A stretch of 51,934 nucleotides of DNA, taken from IMG/VR virus record IMGVR_UViG_3300037160_000023, positions 1 to 51,934 of that record; one strand, written 5' to 3'. The notes under the pieces are model-generated. The model made no database searches and was not told where the DNA came from. It saw only the letters and a list, made by a program, of their open reading frames with translations. This document shows positions 17,718 to 27,525 of the stretch, one piece after another. This DNA comes from a virus. Taxonomy: Duplodnaviria > Caudoviricetes. Position 1 is the first letter of the stretch, and every line of letters begins with the position of its first letter. Both the position numbers and the translations under genes were made by a program.

Positions 17718-20700
17718 AATACGTACGTACGTTCGCTGTTGCGGCAGCTCTGGTGTGCATTTCATTTTCTGCGTTTGCGCAGTGGCAGACGCCTAATCAC
17801 TCCGTTGCAGTAGGGCGCGGAGCGGGTGTTATAGGCTTCGGAAACGCCGCACCGGGCGCAACAGTTGGAGCGATTTTAGTTGGTGCAGGTGCAACTACAG
17901 ACCCGGCGTTCAGTACGATACTTCCGGCAACGTCCTACACGTTTCCTAATGGCTTAATTGGTATTGCTGGTGGATCTAATTTAATTCCATTAGATGTTGG
18001 AGGCCGGATACATTCTACCGAAGCAACCTTCAGTAATGGTCCTGTCACTGCGTCGCAGCCGCTACAAATCGATTTTATCCCGGCAACGGTAAGTGGTGCG
18101 GTTATTTCCAACACATCAGTTGGCTCGTCAGGATCACCCTATTCGCTTCCAGCGGATAGCATCGGATCCGTTATGCGATCTTTCAGTTACGTTAACTCAC
18201 CCTATGTGGCTGATCCAAATGCTCAGTTCACTGGATTTTTTCTCTCCAACAACATGCTGGGAGGAACGAACGGAGCGGTTAATGGGGCCAGTTTCAACGC
18301 CACGACAGGAGGTACTTGGACGAACCCACTGTCAGTCGGGGGTGCTGTTGGTCTCTACGCAACTGCCACTGCCACCAACGGAGGCGGGGACAATTTCTCG
18401 GCTGATTTCATCACGACAATTCCACAATCAGTGACGGCTACCCGAAGCGTCCAGGGTTTGGAAATTGACATTAACAATGGATCGTCTACCGGAGTTAAAT
18501 TGGGTCTCGCCACGAATTTTGGTACGGGAGCTAATGATGGCGGGGCCGTTACCGGAACGTATACACTTTCCAACGGCGGCGGGACGGTCCCATCTTCTAT
18601 CGGTTGGTTCATGCAGGCTGCAACGACTTCGGCCGGGGTCTCGATTGGGATTGGACTTATCGGGCAGGGACCCGGTGCATGGCCTATAGCTTCGACGGGC
18701 ACAGGACTATTGATGGCGGGCGGCACTGCCGCCATCGGTATTGACCTTTCGCGCAATACGACATGGACGACTGCGGCGATCAAGACGCCGGGATACCTGC
18801 TGGACGGCAGCGGCACCATAACCTCCGGTACATGGCAAGGTTCGATTGTAGCCGGGCAATACGGTGGAACGGGCGTTGCCAATACCGGAAAGACCATCAC
18901 GCTAGGCGGCAATCTAGCTACTTCGGGCGCGTTCGCTTCGACGTTCACCATGACCGGCACTACTGCCGTTACGTTTCCGGCAAGCGGAACATTGGCGACA
19001 ACAGCGGGCGCTAGCATTCCGGCCGTCGCTACTGGTGATATTTTATACGGATCAGGTACTAATGCGTTATCGGCTTTAGCTCACGGTACTTCTTCTCAAG
19101 TTTTAATTGGTGGTGTGTCTGCTCCCTCTTGGGGATCAGTTACTTCTGCTATGTTAAATATTACAACTACTACCTGTACTAATCAATTTATTACAGCTAT
19201 CTCAGCGACTGGCGTAGGGACGTGCACATCGGTCACGGCGGCCGAAACTCCGCTGACCAATACCCATATTCTTGTTGGCAATTCAAGTAATGTTGCGACT
19301 GATGTGACCCTGAGCGGCGATGCGACGATAACTAATACCGGAGTTATCACCGTCAACAAATCTAACGGCACTGGATTTGGCACCGCAGCGTTTCAGAACA
19401 CCGGAACATCCGGTGCAAACATTCCATTTCTGAATGGTGCGAATACATGGTCCGGTGCGCAGACCTTCGGAACAACAGTTGCGATTACTCCAACCGCAGT
19501 TACCACCACACAGGGCCTCTATATCTCCCAGACCGGGCCGAACTCTTATTCCACCGGATCAGACAATTTTTACTACAACCTAACCACAATCGGCAATGAC
19601 CAGATCACCGCCAGTGCGGGCAATGTTTCCATATATGGTTCTGGCGTCACGCTTGCAGTTGGCGGCGCATCCACGGGTTCTCATGTGGCCTTTATCTCGC
19701 AGATAAATCACAACGTCGCTTCAGTGGATACCGGTGACACTATTGGCGGCGTTTTTACTGCGGCTGCAACTGTGAACGCGGGCGGAACAAATACTGGTGC
19801 GGGAGCCAATGGAACTAACTTTGCAGGCGGTCTTGTCAGCATCTGCGGGCCCGGCGCGACTAATTATTTTGAATGCGCGGGTGCTGAAATCGATGTCGGC
19901 GTCTCTATTGGTGCGAGCACTAAGTTACGTTTAGGGTTGAGCGTGGTTTCCGGAGGCGGCCTTCAAGGGGCAGCTTTCGACGCCGCATATGAAATTGGTG
20001 CCGTTAGCCTTGGTTGGCATAATGGTTTGTTTCTAGCTAACTTTCATGGGTTCACGCCACTAGACAGCGGCGGATGTGTGATTTGCACTGACGGGTCAGC
20101 AAATACTATCGCAAAGGGATTTGATCTTTCTTCGTACACACTCACTAGCTATTTTCTGCGTGGGCCAGCCAGTAACTTTTCCGTTGATCAGAGCGGAAAC
20201 GTTGTTGGTGCAAACATGAATGCGGGTGGAACACTTCTCGTGACCGGCGCGACGACTTTAAGCGCGGCACTGACTTATGGGGGAGTGGCGCTTTCTAACT
20301 TAGTCACAGGTACCGGGTCGATGGTGCTATCCAATTCTCCAGCGTTGGTAACTCCATCGCTCGGGACACCTACATCTGGCATTGCGACTAACCTGACCGG
20401 GCTGCCAACCTCGGCGCTGACAGGCGTGCTGCTGGCCGCGCAAGGGCCAGCCCACACCGGAGACGTGACGAACTCGGCAGGCTCACTCGTCCTTACGCTG
20501 GCGACCGCGCAGCCCGCCGTTCACACTTGGGCGTTGACACAAACGTTCACGGTCGCCCCGGTATTTACCGATCAATCTGGAAGCCGGACAGCGCTTGGCC
20601 TCGGCACGATGGCAACGCAGGCTGCCTCGGCGGTCGCTATCACCGGAGGCACTATTGCTGGATTGACGGGGCTCGCGATTAGGGACACCAGCGCGACGTT

Positions 20701-21526
20701 TGATGTGACCATCGCTGCGACGGCGACCTCAGCGACGTTAACGGCGGGCCGGACGCTCACGCTCGACGTGGGAAACGTCGCACACACGCTGAAGCTTGGA
20801 ACGACGGCAGGAACGATCACGTTCCCGAACACGGCGGCAGACACGGTTGCAATGCTTGCCGTTGCCCAGACTTTCACTGCAAGGCAAATCGTTAGCGGCA
20901 TAAGCAACGACGCTATTGCTGTTTTAAGCGGAGACTCAAGCTCAAACAGTGGTATCTCCGTCGGGCGCACAGCAGCAGATGGCTATCTCGTAGCAATAGG
21001 AACGGCAACGGGATATAACCCTGTGTCGCTACAAGGCGACACTGTCTTACGTGGTCAATCTCGCATATTGTTGGATGGAAGCGGCGGCGGGACCAACGCG
21101 ATTATCATCGGAGCCACGAATACGTTGACGCTTTCCACCGTGGCTAGTGACGCAGCCACAACCGACAATTCGCTATGCGTAAGTGCTACGGGTCTCGTGC
21201 TCAAAGGGTCTGGTACTTTAGGTATATGCTTGGGTACATCTGGCGCGCAGTTCAAAACGGCTATCGTTCCGATGCTGGCTGGCATTGACGAAATATCTAG
21301 GCTGAAATTGTCGAACTATCGCTATCGTGAGGGCTATGGTGACGGAGGCGCACGCACGCAATACGGGATGACGGCGCAAGACGTTTCCGAAGTTATGCCA
21401 GACCTTGTCCGGTATGACGAACATGGTGTTGCGATAAACTTCGATCTCGGGGCATTCCTGCCTGTCTCGCTTCATGCGCTGCAACAGTTGAATGAGCGCA
21501 TAGCAAAATTGGAGAACCACAAGTGA
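17714..21526 (+). CDS. long tail fibre/spike with C-terminal intramolecular chaperone (peptidase S74-like) and N-terminal signal-peptide-like segment
   Basis: G/T/S/A-rich beta repeats; TSGAQFKTAI...YRY...YGMTAQDVSEVMPDLV...ALQQLNERI. Confidence 0.85.
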   Translation: MKYVRTFAVAAALVCISFSAFAQWQTPNHSVAVGRGAGVIGFGNAAPGATVGAILVGAGATTDPAFSTILPATSYTFPNGLIGIAGGSNLIPLDVGGRIHSTEATFSNGPVTASQPLQIDFIPATVSGAVISNTSVGSSGSPYSLPADSIGSVMRSFSYVNSPYVADPNAQFTGFFLSNNMLGGTNGAVNGASFNATTGGTWTNPLSVGGAVGLYATATATNGGGDNFSADFITTIPQSVTATRSVQGLEIDINNGSSTGVKLGLATNFGTGANDGGAVTGTYTLSNGGGTVPSSIGWFMQAATTSAGVSIGIGLIGQGPGAWPIASTGTGLLMAGGTAAIGIDLSRNTTWTTAAIKTPGYLLDGSGTITSGTWQGSIVAGQYGGTGVANTGKTITLGGNLATSGAFASTFTMTGTTAVTFPASGTLATTAGASIPAVATGDILYGSGTNALSALAHGTSSQVLIGGVSAPSWGSVTSAMLNITTTTCTNQFITAISATGVGTCTSVTAAETPLTNTHILVGNSSNVATDVTLSGDATITNTGVITVNKSNGTGFGTAAFQNTGTSGANIPFLNGANTWSGAQTFGTTVAITPTAVTTTQGLYISQTGPNSYSTGSDNFYYNLTTIGNDQITASAGNVSIYGSGVTLAVGGASTGSHVAFISQINHNVASVDTGDTIGGVFTAAATVNAGGTNTGAGANGTNFAGGLVSICGPGATNYFECAGAEIDVGVSIGASTKLRLGLSVVSGGGLQGAAFDAAYEIGAVSLGWHNGLFLANFHGFTPLDSGGCVICTDGSANTIAKGFDLSSYTLTSYFLRGPASNFSVDQSGNVVGANMNAGGTLLVTGATTLSAALTYGGVALSNLVTGTGSMVLSNSPALVTPSLGTPTSGIATNLTGLPTSALTGVLLAAQGPAHTGDVTNSAGSLVLTLATAQPAVHTWALTQTFTVAPVFTDQSGSRTALGLGTMATQAASAVAITGGTIAGLTGLAIRDTSATFDVTIAATATSATLTAGRTLTLDVGNVAHTLKLGTTAGTITFPNTAADTVAMLAVAQTFTARQIVSGISNDAIAVLSGDSSSNSGISVGRTAADGYLVAIGTATGYNPVSLQGDTVLRGQSRILLDGSGGGTNAIIIGATNTLTLSTVASDAATTDNSLCVSATGLVLKGSGTLGICLGTSGAQFKTAIVPMLAGIDEISRLKLSNYRYREGYGDGGARTQYGMTAQDVSEVMPDLVRYDEHGVAINFDLGAFLPVSLHALQQLNERIAKLENHK

Positions 21527-21774
21527 GATCATTTATTATCGGACTGTCTTTACTCGTTGCAACGCCTGTTCTCGCCCAACAGACAGCCGCTGATCCGCTG
21601 GTGTTTCAGCGTATATTGAACACTGCGATTGCCCAGCGTAACCAGATGAACAATGCCGCGCTGCAAGAAGCGGCCATAGCAGCCGGGACCATCGAGAAGT
21701 TGACGGACGATCTTGCCAAGGCTCAGGCGCGAATCAAGGAACTGGAAGTAAAGCCGGACGTGAAAAAGGACTAA
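21523..21774 (+). CDS. signal peptide plus coiled-coil protein, copy 1
   Basis: MRSFIIGLSLLVATPVLAQQ...LAKAQARIKELE. Confidence 0.7.
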   Translation: MRSFIIGLSLLVATPVLAQQTAADPLVFQRILNTAIAQRNQMNNAALQEAAIAAGTIEKLTDDLAKAQARIKELEVKPDVKKD

Positions 21775-21806
21775 GCAACTTGAAGATTTAAAAAGGAAAT
21801 TAAATA

Positions 21807-21855
21807 ATGCTAACACTTCAAATGTTAAAAACATTATGGCCTAAAGGTGATAGTA
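21807..21855 (+). pseudogene. remnant 5' end of a second endolysin gene
   Basis: AAGGA RBS plus MLTLQMLKTLWPKGDS, similar to lysin N-terminus INTLYNLWPQGDK; AT-rich. Confidence 0.5.
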
Positions 21856-21902
21856 TTGACATTCACGCTTGGGATTTTAACGGCAACATCGGGAGTAGCG
21901 GG

Positions 21903-22139
21903 ATGCGTTTGATTATTATCGGACTGTCTTTAATCGCAGCAACATCGGCGTTAGCGCAGCAACCGTCTGCAGCCACACCTAACGAACGCGCGTTGGGGCA
22001 GAAGCTCTTTCAGGAAATGCAATCCGGTGTTACTTGTTCGTCTAACTTGATTGCTGCGCAGGAAGAACTTGCTAAAGCACAAGCGCGCATCAAAGAGTTG
22101 GAAGCAAAGATGCCGGTTGAAAAGGAACCGCCCAAATAA
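21903..22139 (+). CDS. signal peptide plus coiled-coil protein, copy 2
   Basis: MRLIIIGLSLIAATSALAQQ...LAKAQARIKELE; shares 20 nt TTATTATCGGACTGTCTTTA with copy 1. Confidence 0.7.
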   Translation: MRLIIIGLSLIAATSALAQQPSAATPNERALGQKLFQEMQSGVTCSSNLIAAQEELAKAQARIKELEAKMPVEKEPPK

Positions 22140-22151
22140 CGGGAGCACAGC

Positions 22152-22832
22152 ATGGCTTTCATCAACACGCTGTACAATCTCTGGCCTCAAGGCGACAAGT
22201 TGATACCGGGTTTGCGTGATGGCATTGCGAATGCTGCGCCCGTTGTGTTTTTGAAATACGGCATAGAACCAAACTTGGTTGTTGCGCACTTGATGGCGCA
22301 GATTAGTTTGGAATGTAACGCCGGATTGGAAGTTGTTGAAAATCTGAATTACACAGCGCGCCGCATGTGCCAGGTGTGGCCTTCGCGTTTCCGCACAATC
22401 GAAAGCGCACAGCCGTACGCCGGCAACCCGCGTGCGCTCGGCAACAAGGTCTACAACGGTCGGATGGGCAACCGTCCGGGTACGGACGACGGATACAACC
22501 ATCGCGGACGCGGTGCTACGCAAACGACAGGCGCGGGCCGCTACATCCCGGCAAAAGGGAAGGTGCCCGCTATTTACGAGGGGTACGCTGGCTTGCAGGG
22601 GTTCTTGGCAGAGCACGGCGTCAGCATTGATCTTGTCAACGACCCCGATCTTATCAACAACCCCGCGCACTTTTTAGAATGCGGAGTAGCTGACTTCATT
22701 ATTTGCGGCTGCTTGCCGTACGCCAAAGCGGATAATGTGCTCATGGTCACGGAAAAACTGAACGGCGGCACTACGGGCTTCGCTGACCGGGTTACGTGGC
22801 TGCGTCGCTGGAAACCAGCGTTGGGGGTCTAG
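22152..22832 (+). CDS. endolysin, glycoside hydrolase family 19
   Basis: AHLMAQISLEC...ENLNY...DDGYNHRGRGATQTTG...LNGG. Confidence 0.9.
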   Translation: MAFINTLYNLWPQGDKLIPGLRDGIANAAPVVFLKYGIEPNLVVAHLMAQISLECNAGLEVVENLNYTARRMCQVWPSRFRTIESAQPYAGNPRALGNKVYNGRMGNRPGTDDGYNHRGRGATQTTGAGRYIPAKGKVPAIYEGYAGLQGFLAEHGVSIDLVNDPDLINNPAHFLECGVADFIICGCLPYAKADNVLMVTEKLNGGTTGFADRVTWLRRWKPALGV

Positions 22833-23101
22833 GTCTTGCTGTTAACCCCGGCGTAGGCATTGCCATTCTTGCCATCGCCGGAACGGTCGTTTTTTCCGAA
22901 GACGTCCAGCTCTGTTTCGAACTGCGCAAGATCGGTCACGGTGCCGTCCAGTTCGGTGTGCTTTTTCAGGAACACGGCTTCCCGCTTTTTGTGGATTTCT
23001 TCCACGCGATCGACGTACTTGTTGACGTCGGCTTCCACCGCCGTTTCTAGCCCCACCTGTGCGTTGCTGGCTTTGGCGAGGATATCGGACAGGCGACCCA
23101 T
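22829..23101 (-). CDS. hypothetical coiled-coil protein
   Basis: MGRLSDILAKASNAQ...; biased codon usage. Confidence 0.55.
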   Translation of the reverse strand: MGRLSDILAKASNAQVGLETAVEADVNKYVDRVEEIHKKREAVFLKKHTELDGTVTDLAQFETELDVFGKNDRSGDGKNGNAYAGVNSKT

Positions 23102-23258
23102 TTTAAGCGTCCTTGCGGCCCGTACGAGGGCGGTTAAACGGTCCAGCGTCACAACGTACGGGGCACGGCCCGGGGGCCTTAGCACGAACAACGGGGCCGG
23201 TTCGGAGGGCATCTTTCCCGGCCCCGTCGCTCTTGGAGACTGACCCTCAACAAATCAC

Positions 23259-23300
23259 CGTATGACATAAATTGACGTGCGCCGCAAGGGATGGTAAGCG
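23259..23300 (+). promoter_or_regulatory. operator variant CGTATGACA plus promoter
   Basis: CGTATGACA 23259-23267, then TTGACG-17-TAAGCG upstream of the holin-TerL operon. Confidence 0.5.
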
Positions 23301-23326
23301 TGGGGGTCAACAAATGGAGCGCAACC

Positions 23327-23644
23327 GTGAACAGCACGCAGCTACAAACTACTACGGCCACCATCGTTGCAGGTGCCGCAGGGTACGCAGCCGGCCACGG
23401 ATGGCTTGGTCTGGACGCGGGAACGTGGGGCGTGCTCTTTAGCGCTCTGGCGGTGTTCCTGCCCGCAGCGTGGCCGGCGATCGTGACCCGGGCAAATTCG
23501 CTCAAAAACACTGTGGGTAAGATGGATAAAACCACTGTTATTACCGACGCCGCGAGCGCCGCAGCACTCCCCGACAACAAGGACGTGGTGGCCGTTACGC
23601 CGTCGATTGCGTCGGCGGTACGGGCTGCGCAGGCTGTACAGTGA
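23327..23644 (+). CDS. putative holin
   Basis: Two TM segments, GYAAGHGWL pattern, near the lysin. Confidence 0.6.
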   Translation: MNSTQLQTTTATIVAGAAGYAAGHGWLGLDAGTWGVLFSALAVFLPAAWPAIVTRANSLKNTVGKMDKTTVITDAASAAALPDNKDVVAVTPSIASAVRAAQAVQ

Positions 23645-23874
23645 CCGCGCTGGATTTTGGGCTGCGTTTCGAAGGCATGCCCGAAGCAACTATTCAGCAT
23701 CTTGACGCACAGCTCCCGGCGTTGGAGCGTCTTGCGGCGGCAGCAAAGCAAGCGGAACCGATGCTTACGCCATTGCTCCCCGTCGTACAGAAAGCGTGGC
23801 CGGATATCGTTGCAGTCACGCCGCTGCTTTTGGAACTAATTGCGTTCGCGAAGTCGAAACAAGCGAGCGGCTAA
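23641..23874 (+). CDS. hypothetical protein
   Basis: Coupled ORF between holin and TerL. Confidence 0.6.
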   Translation: MTALDFGLRFEGMPEATIQHLDAQLPALERLAAAAKQAEPMLTPLLPVVQKAWPDIVAVTPLLLELIAFAKSKQASG

Positions 23875-25445
23875 TGCTCCCGTGGGAACAAGCTGCCATA
23901 CAGCAACGGATGCCGTGGGAGCGCCCTGCGGCGTCCGTAGATAAAGAAGCGCTACGCGCCAAGCTTCGGGACTTCAATTACTACCGTGAAAAATTCCTGC
24001 GCATCCGGCCGCGCGAAGGTGGCGAGCGCATACCGTTCATTCTCAACAACGCGCAACGCGTACTGCACGCCAGGCTAGAGGAAGAAAAGCAGACCTTCGG
24101 CATGGTCCGCGCGCTGATACCCAAAGCGCGGCGCATGGGCGTAAGTACGCTGATAGGCGGCCGGTTCTTCCACCAGACTGCAACACAGTTCGGCCGCCGA
24201 TCGCAAGTCGTTGCGCACCGTACGGACAGCGCGGCAAACCTGCATAGAGAAATTAAAGAGTTTTGCAGTGGGATGCCTTTGTCCCTGCAGCCTTCGGTTG
24301 GTGCTACCAACGCCCGGGAGTTGATTTTTGACAAGCTGAAATCGCTGTACAAAGTCGCGTCGGCTGAAGGTGGCGACATTGGCCGTTCGGATGATTTCCA
24401 CGCGCTGCACCTATCAGAAGCGGCGTTCATGGAAAACGTGGAAGACTTGTCTTCCGGTCTGTTGCAAACCGTACAGGACTTGCCCGGCACGGAGGAAGTG
24501 CTGGAGAGCACCGGCAACGGCAAGTCCGGCATGTTCTACAACATGTGCCAGCAAGCCCATTCGGAAAACAACAAGGGGCTTTGGCGGCTTCACTTTTTGG
24601 CGTGGTGCATCATGCCAGAGTACCGCGTAGCCATGCCGTTCGCGTGGAAAGCGCCGAAAGAGTTCGAAGACTACGGCCGCATGCACGGCTTGGACCGCGA
24701 ACAGCTCTATTGGTTCTGGACCAAGAACTACACGCTGGCGACGATGAACGGCGGACAGCCGGAAACGATACACCGCCTCACGCGTCAAGAGTACCCGGCG
24801 ACGTACAGCGAATGCTTTATGGCCGACAGCACGCTGGATTTCTACCCTGCGTCACTGGTCGAAGCTGCGATGTTGCGACAAGCCGGGCCGGCGTACGACG
24901 GTTTGAAAATTCTGGCTGTGGACCCTGCCGGCGACGGCCAAGACCAACCTTGGGTTTGCGATCGACAAGGGCCGGCGATAGGCTCCCGGGTGTGGGGTGC
25001 ACTCACAACTAGGGACTACAACGTACAGGCCGATTGGCTTATCCAAACATTTGATCGCTTCAACATGGACGCGATAGCCGTGGACCGTACAGGTGGCTAC
25101 GGCAAGGGCCTGGTTGACGCGCTGCGGCTTCGGATGCTTAAGCGCGGTCCCGAAAAAATCGTACCCATAGATTTTTCATGGGGTGCGGTTAATCAAACTG
25201 CGTACGGCAATCGGCGTGCAGAGATACACGATAAGCTAGGCGACTTGATTGCCAAGGGTGCCTCAATGCCAAACGACAAACTAGCGCAAGAGGAAGCCGC
25301 AGCTTACAAATGGGGTATGGGTGACTGCCGTCGCGACGAAAAGGGCCGGTTGTTCATGACACCTAAAGAGAAGATTAAAAAGGCGTTGGGCCGCTCCCCA
25401 GATCGTTGGGATAGCATGGCCGTGTCGTGCGCTATCGACGGTTAA
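23874..25445 (+). CDS. terL: terminase large subunit
   Basis: LNNAQ, PKARRMGVST (Walker A), LHLSE (Walker B), ESTGNG, AVDPAGDG, SPDRWD; ATG 23874 overlaps the upstream TAA. Confidence 0.95.
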   Translation: MLPWEQAAIQQRMPWERPAASVDKEALRAKLRDFNYYREKFLRIRPREGGERIPFILNNAQRVLHARLEEEKQTFGMVRALIPKARRMGVSTLIGGRFFHQTATQFGRRSQVVAHRTDSAANLHREIKEFCSGMPLSLQPSVGATNARELIFDKLKSLYKVASAEGGDIGRSDDFHALHLSEAAFMENVEDLSSGLLQTVQDLPGTEEVLESTGNGKSGMFYNMCQQAHSENNKGLWRLHFLAWCIMPEYRVAMPFAWKAPKEFEDYGRMHGLDREQLYWFWTKNYTLATMNGGQPETIHRLTRQEYPATYSECFMADSTLDFYPASLVEAAMLRQAGPAYDGLKILAVDPAGDGQDQPWVCDRQGPAIGSRVWGALTTRDYNVQADWLIQTFDRFNMDAIAVDRTGGYGKGLVDALRLRMLKRGPEKIVPIDFSWGAVNQTAYGNRRAEIHDKLGDLIAKGASMPNDKLAQEEAAAYKWGMGDCRRDEKGRLFMTPKEKIKKALGRSPDRWDSMAVSCAIDG

Positions 25446-25824
25446 ACAGTCGGCCGCGCGTTTTCTCATAAGCTGTTAGCAATTCTTCGAAAATGTTTTG
25501 CATGGCGTAGGCTTCAAATTCGGACGATGGACTTTCTTCGCCGATACCCTCTCGGATGTCACGCCATACGTGCATGGCTTCGTGACTTAACAGGCCAACG
25601 ATTTGAAACGGCGGTTGTACAGCGACGGTAACTATGCAAGTGCGTGTTTTGTTTTTGGTGTCCTGGAATAACGTCGTCATAGCAGCGGTGCGGTTGGCGG
25701 GATAGCTTCCTAGCTCACGTCTGGACGACTTCGCTAACGCGTTCCATGCTTTTTCGCTTGGGCAAAAACCGTAGTGGTGACGTATCCGCAGGAAAGTTTC
25801 ACACCAAACCATTTTATGCCGCAT
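25432..25824 (-). CDS. hypothetical protein with HExxH motif
   Basis: LLSHEAMH...EFEAY. Confidence 0.65.
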   Translation of the reverse strand: MRHKMVWCETFLRIRHHYGFCPSEKAWNALAKSSRRELGSYPANRTAAMTTLFQDTKNKTRTCIVTVAVQPPFQIVGLLSHEAMHVWRDIREGIGEESPSSEFEAYAMQNIFEELLTAYEKTRGRLFNRR

Positions 25825-25908
25825 AATTAGGGGTTCTGTACGTGTGTTGACTTGTACGGCAATGTACAGTATGACAGCCAGGATAGCAACAATTTAAGAG
25901 CTGTACAC

Positions 25909-26139
25909 ATGGAAGTTTTTGGGCAAGAGCAACTTGATAAGCCGGTCAAAGAGACCGTCAAGCGATCGAAGCCGACGAAGGGCAAGAGGAAGGCCCCGGG
26001 TCCCGGCGTCATCCGTACGGAGCGCTTGGACCTGCGTTTGACGAAGCAGGAAAAGGCGAAGATCATGGCGCGGTCGCGGAAGACGAAGCGCACCGTTACC
26101 AGCGTCATTATGGAAGCAATCCACAAGGTCAAGTGGTAA
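25909..26139 (+). CDS. ribbon-helix-helix-like DNA-binding protein
   Basis: RTERLDLRLTKQEKAKIMARS...TVTSVIMEAI; own promoter TTGACT(25847)-17-TATGAC overlapping an AGTATGACA site. Confidence 0.65.
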   Translation: MEVFGQEQLDKPVKETVKRSKPTKGKRKAPGPGVIRTERLDLRLTKQEKAKIMARSRKTKRTVTSVIMEAIHKVKW

Positions 26140-26143
26140 CGCG

Positions 26144-26173
26144 AAAAAGGCCCCGGTTCATTGCCGGGGCCTT
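26144..26173. terminator. intrinsic terminator between convergent genes
   Basis: AAGGCCCCGG-loop-CCGGGGCCTT with flanking A-tract. Confidence 0.75.
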
Positions 26174-26193
26174 CGTACTTCGCGCGGACTAGA

Positions 26194-26892
26194 TCAGTAT
26201 TTGAACGACGCGCCGACGCGGACCATGTTTCCAAGACGCGCGCATGACGTACCGCCGCCTGGGCAGAATGACTGACTGTTCATTTGCCAGCCGGCCCACG
26301 TATCAATCATCACTTGGTTAGACGCTCGTGTGAGAAGCCCCAAACCGATCAACGGGGCCACTACCCATTGATGACCGGAAAGCAGCCCGATCTGTGCGCC
26401 GATATCTTGCTCCACCAAACCGGCGAACAGATACCCGTTGCTCGGTCCCGTCGTGATGCCGGCCGGGAGTAGTGGAAGGCTTGGCATCGACGCGTTGAGT
26501 CCCGGGAAGGGATTGGCGAGCAACGTATTGATCGGGGAGCCCGCGCCGAAGCGTTCGATAAACACCGCAGGACCGGACAGCGCCAGGCCGTTGACGGAAC
26601 CGTTGAGGTTAGCAAAGCCGCCTTGGGCTTCCACGAACCAAAAGCCCGCTGTGCCAAATGGGCAAGTGTACCCAACCATGGCGTCAAGATCTCCCTGCAC
26701 AATTTGCGTGCCCACAGCGGCCCCGTTAACGGCTCCCGCGTTGCCGCCAGTGCCAATGCCGTAGTAAAAGCCGCATTTGGTGGTGGGGTACCCGACGTAC
26801 GCCGGGGCCTTCGTGGCAAGATCGGCGGCATGGCCGGCCCACGGCACAAACATAAGGGCCGCAATAGCGACCAAACGAAGATGTTTAAACAT
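26194..26892 (-). CDS. outer-membrane beta-barrel protein (Omp25/RopB-like)
   Basis: Signal peptide, ADLATKAP, GFYYG, C-terminal VGASFKY. Confidence 0.85.
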   Translation of the reverse strand: MFKHLRLVAIAALMFVPWAGHAADLATKAPAYVGYPTTKCGFYYGIGTGGNAGAVNGAAVGTQIVQGDLDAMVGYTCPFGTAGFWFVEAQGGFANLNGSVNGLALSGPAVFIERFGAGSPINTLLANPFPGLNASMPSLPLLPAGITTGPSNGYLFAGLVEQDIGAQIGLLSGHQWVVAPLIGLGLLTRASNQVMIDTWAGWQMNSQSFCPGGGTSCARLGNMVRVGASFKY

Positions 26893-26976
26893 GGTATCGG
26901 TTCTCCGGGTTAAGGGTTTCGAGAGCCGGTACCGTACACCCTGCGTACGTGTCTTTACTGCAACAGTTGCGTTTTA

Positions 26977-27522
26977 TTAAGCGCGGATACGCCAGCCCGC
27001 GCCGTTGAAGTTGCCAAAAGTGCCGTCTTTGGCGTTGTCCACCTTGATTGCATACCCGCTGTTGAATTCCTTGTTGCGGGGGTCCATGCCGGCGTACAGG
27101 CTTTGGAGCTGCAGGCGTTGACGTTTCCGTACGACGTCACCGACTTTCTTAGGCCGGGCGCACAGAATAGGGCGGTACACCTTGCCAACCTTATCGGTGC
27201 CGGCGACAAGGTCCGCGAACAGCTCCGCAACTTCGGGATTTGTGACTTCGCGGAAACCCTTGTTGTGGGCGTCGGCAATCTCACCCGGAATGCTGTTGAT
27301 GATGCGAAATTCCCAATCCGGGTATTTTTCACGGTTGGGAATGAACAGCTTCAACGGACGGTCAAGGTTGAGGTTGCGGATTATTTCTTCGTAATCCAAA
27401 GCCTCAACGAACGGCGACTTGCCGCCCGGTTCACCCTGTACACCAGGTGCTTCAGGAATATCGCCAGGCGCGTTAACCATAAGGTTCGGGGCAATGCCCG
27501 GCTGGAACGGATTGTCAACCAT
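26977..27522 (-). CDS. conserved head-module protein
   Basis: YPDWEFRIIN...KGFREV...ILCARPK; follows the scaffold gene. Confidence 0.65.
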   Translation of the reverse strand: MVDNPFQPGIAPNLMVNAPGDIPEAPGVQGEPGGKSPFVEALDYEEIIRNLNLDRPLKLFIPNREKYPDWEFRIINSIPGEIADAHNKGFREVTNPEVAELFADLVAGTDKVGKVYRPILCARPKKVGDVVRKRQRLQLQSLYAGMDPRNKEFNSGYAIKVDNAKDGTFGNFNGAGWRIRA

Positions 27523-27525
27523 GGC

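Noticed and set aside
23796-23873. Upstream start of TerL given by the ORF track
   Set aside because: Overlaps the previous gene; ATG 23874 is coupled to its stop
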